Assembly (NCBI RefSeq): GCF_964194155.1
Contig: NC_135913.1
Coordinates: 4,898,001 to 4,962,000 of the forward strand
DNA from: Cetorhinus maximus
Taxonomy: Eukaryota
DNA: 64,000 nt
Direction of reading: 5' to 3'
The first letter of the stretch is position 1, and the number at the start of each line of letters is the position of its first letter. The notes beneath the pieces were generated by a model. That model had not been told where the DNA came from. It did no database searches and was given only the letters and a program-made list of their open reading frames with translations. The position numbers and the translations under genes are program-made. Shown in pieces: positions 63,415 to 64,000 of this stretch.

Positions 63415-64000
63415 TTTTATTAATTCATGGAATATGAGAATGAGTGGCTGGGCCAGCATTTATTGCCCATCCCTAATTGCCCTTGAGAAGGTGATGGTGA
63501 GCAGCCTTCTTGAACCGCTGAAGTCATGTGGTGTAAGCACACCCAGAGTGCTGTTCGGGAGGGAGTTCCAGGGTTTTGACCCAGCGACAGTGAAGGAACG
63601 GCGATACATTTCCAAGTCAGAATAGTGAGTGACTAGGAGTGGATTTTCGAGACACATGTTTCCATGTGTCTGTTGCCCTTGTCCTTCTCAACAGTAGTGG
63701 TAGTGGGTTTGGAAGGTGCTGTAGAAGGAGAGTTGGTGAATTCCTACATTGCATCTTGTAGATGTTACACACTGCTGCTACTCTGCATCAGTGGTGGAGT
63801 GTGTGAATATTTGTGCCTACGTTGCCAATCAAGCATGTTACTTTGTCCTGAATGTTCATAGATTCATAGAGTTAGACAGCACAGAAGCAGGCCATTGGGC
63901 CCATCAAGTTGTGCTGGCCATCGAGCACCTCTCTACCGCAATCCCATTTTCCAGCACTAGGCCCGTAGCCCTTCTTGAGAGTTGTTGCAGCTGCACTCAT
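63415..64000 (-). mobile_element. CR1/L2-group LINE 3' end with an inserted CR1 tail (~63857-63970)
   Basis: Same family as 41885-42375; catagattcatagag tail insert. Confidence 0.75.

Overview
Repeat-dense vertebrate genomic DNA, most likely from a cartilaginous fish (shark). The evidence is abundant CR1 LINEs, a V-SINE, Deu-domain SINE remnants, a GPR139/142-like GPCR and a shark-type NLR. One 137-N assembly gap is present. Main contents: (1) An apparently intact 5-coding-exon NLR gene on the minus strand (58343->44616, about 1016 aa by hand splicing). It has an [10 protein letters not shown] acylation-type N-terminus, ten 22-aa tandem repeats, NACHT and a short LRR region, and no death-fold exon that I could find. 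(2) A disrupted two-exon GPR139/142-like pseudogene. (3) A decaying tRNA cluster: near-intact Ser(AGA) and Thr(AGT) plus Thr/Lys/Glu/Ser pseudogenes, partly in ~1.8-1.9 kb tandem units. (4) A Gmr1-type gypsy provirus relic, nested CR1s, and RTE, L2, Penelope and copia-like relics. (5) A young, short Penelope-derived element with a hammerhead-like fold that has repeatedly inserted as head-to-head inverted duplications, including a perfect 178-bp palindrome with a 14-bp TSD. All calls come from reading by eye; family assignments and boundaries of degenerate repeats are approximate.
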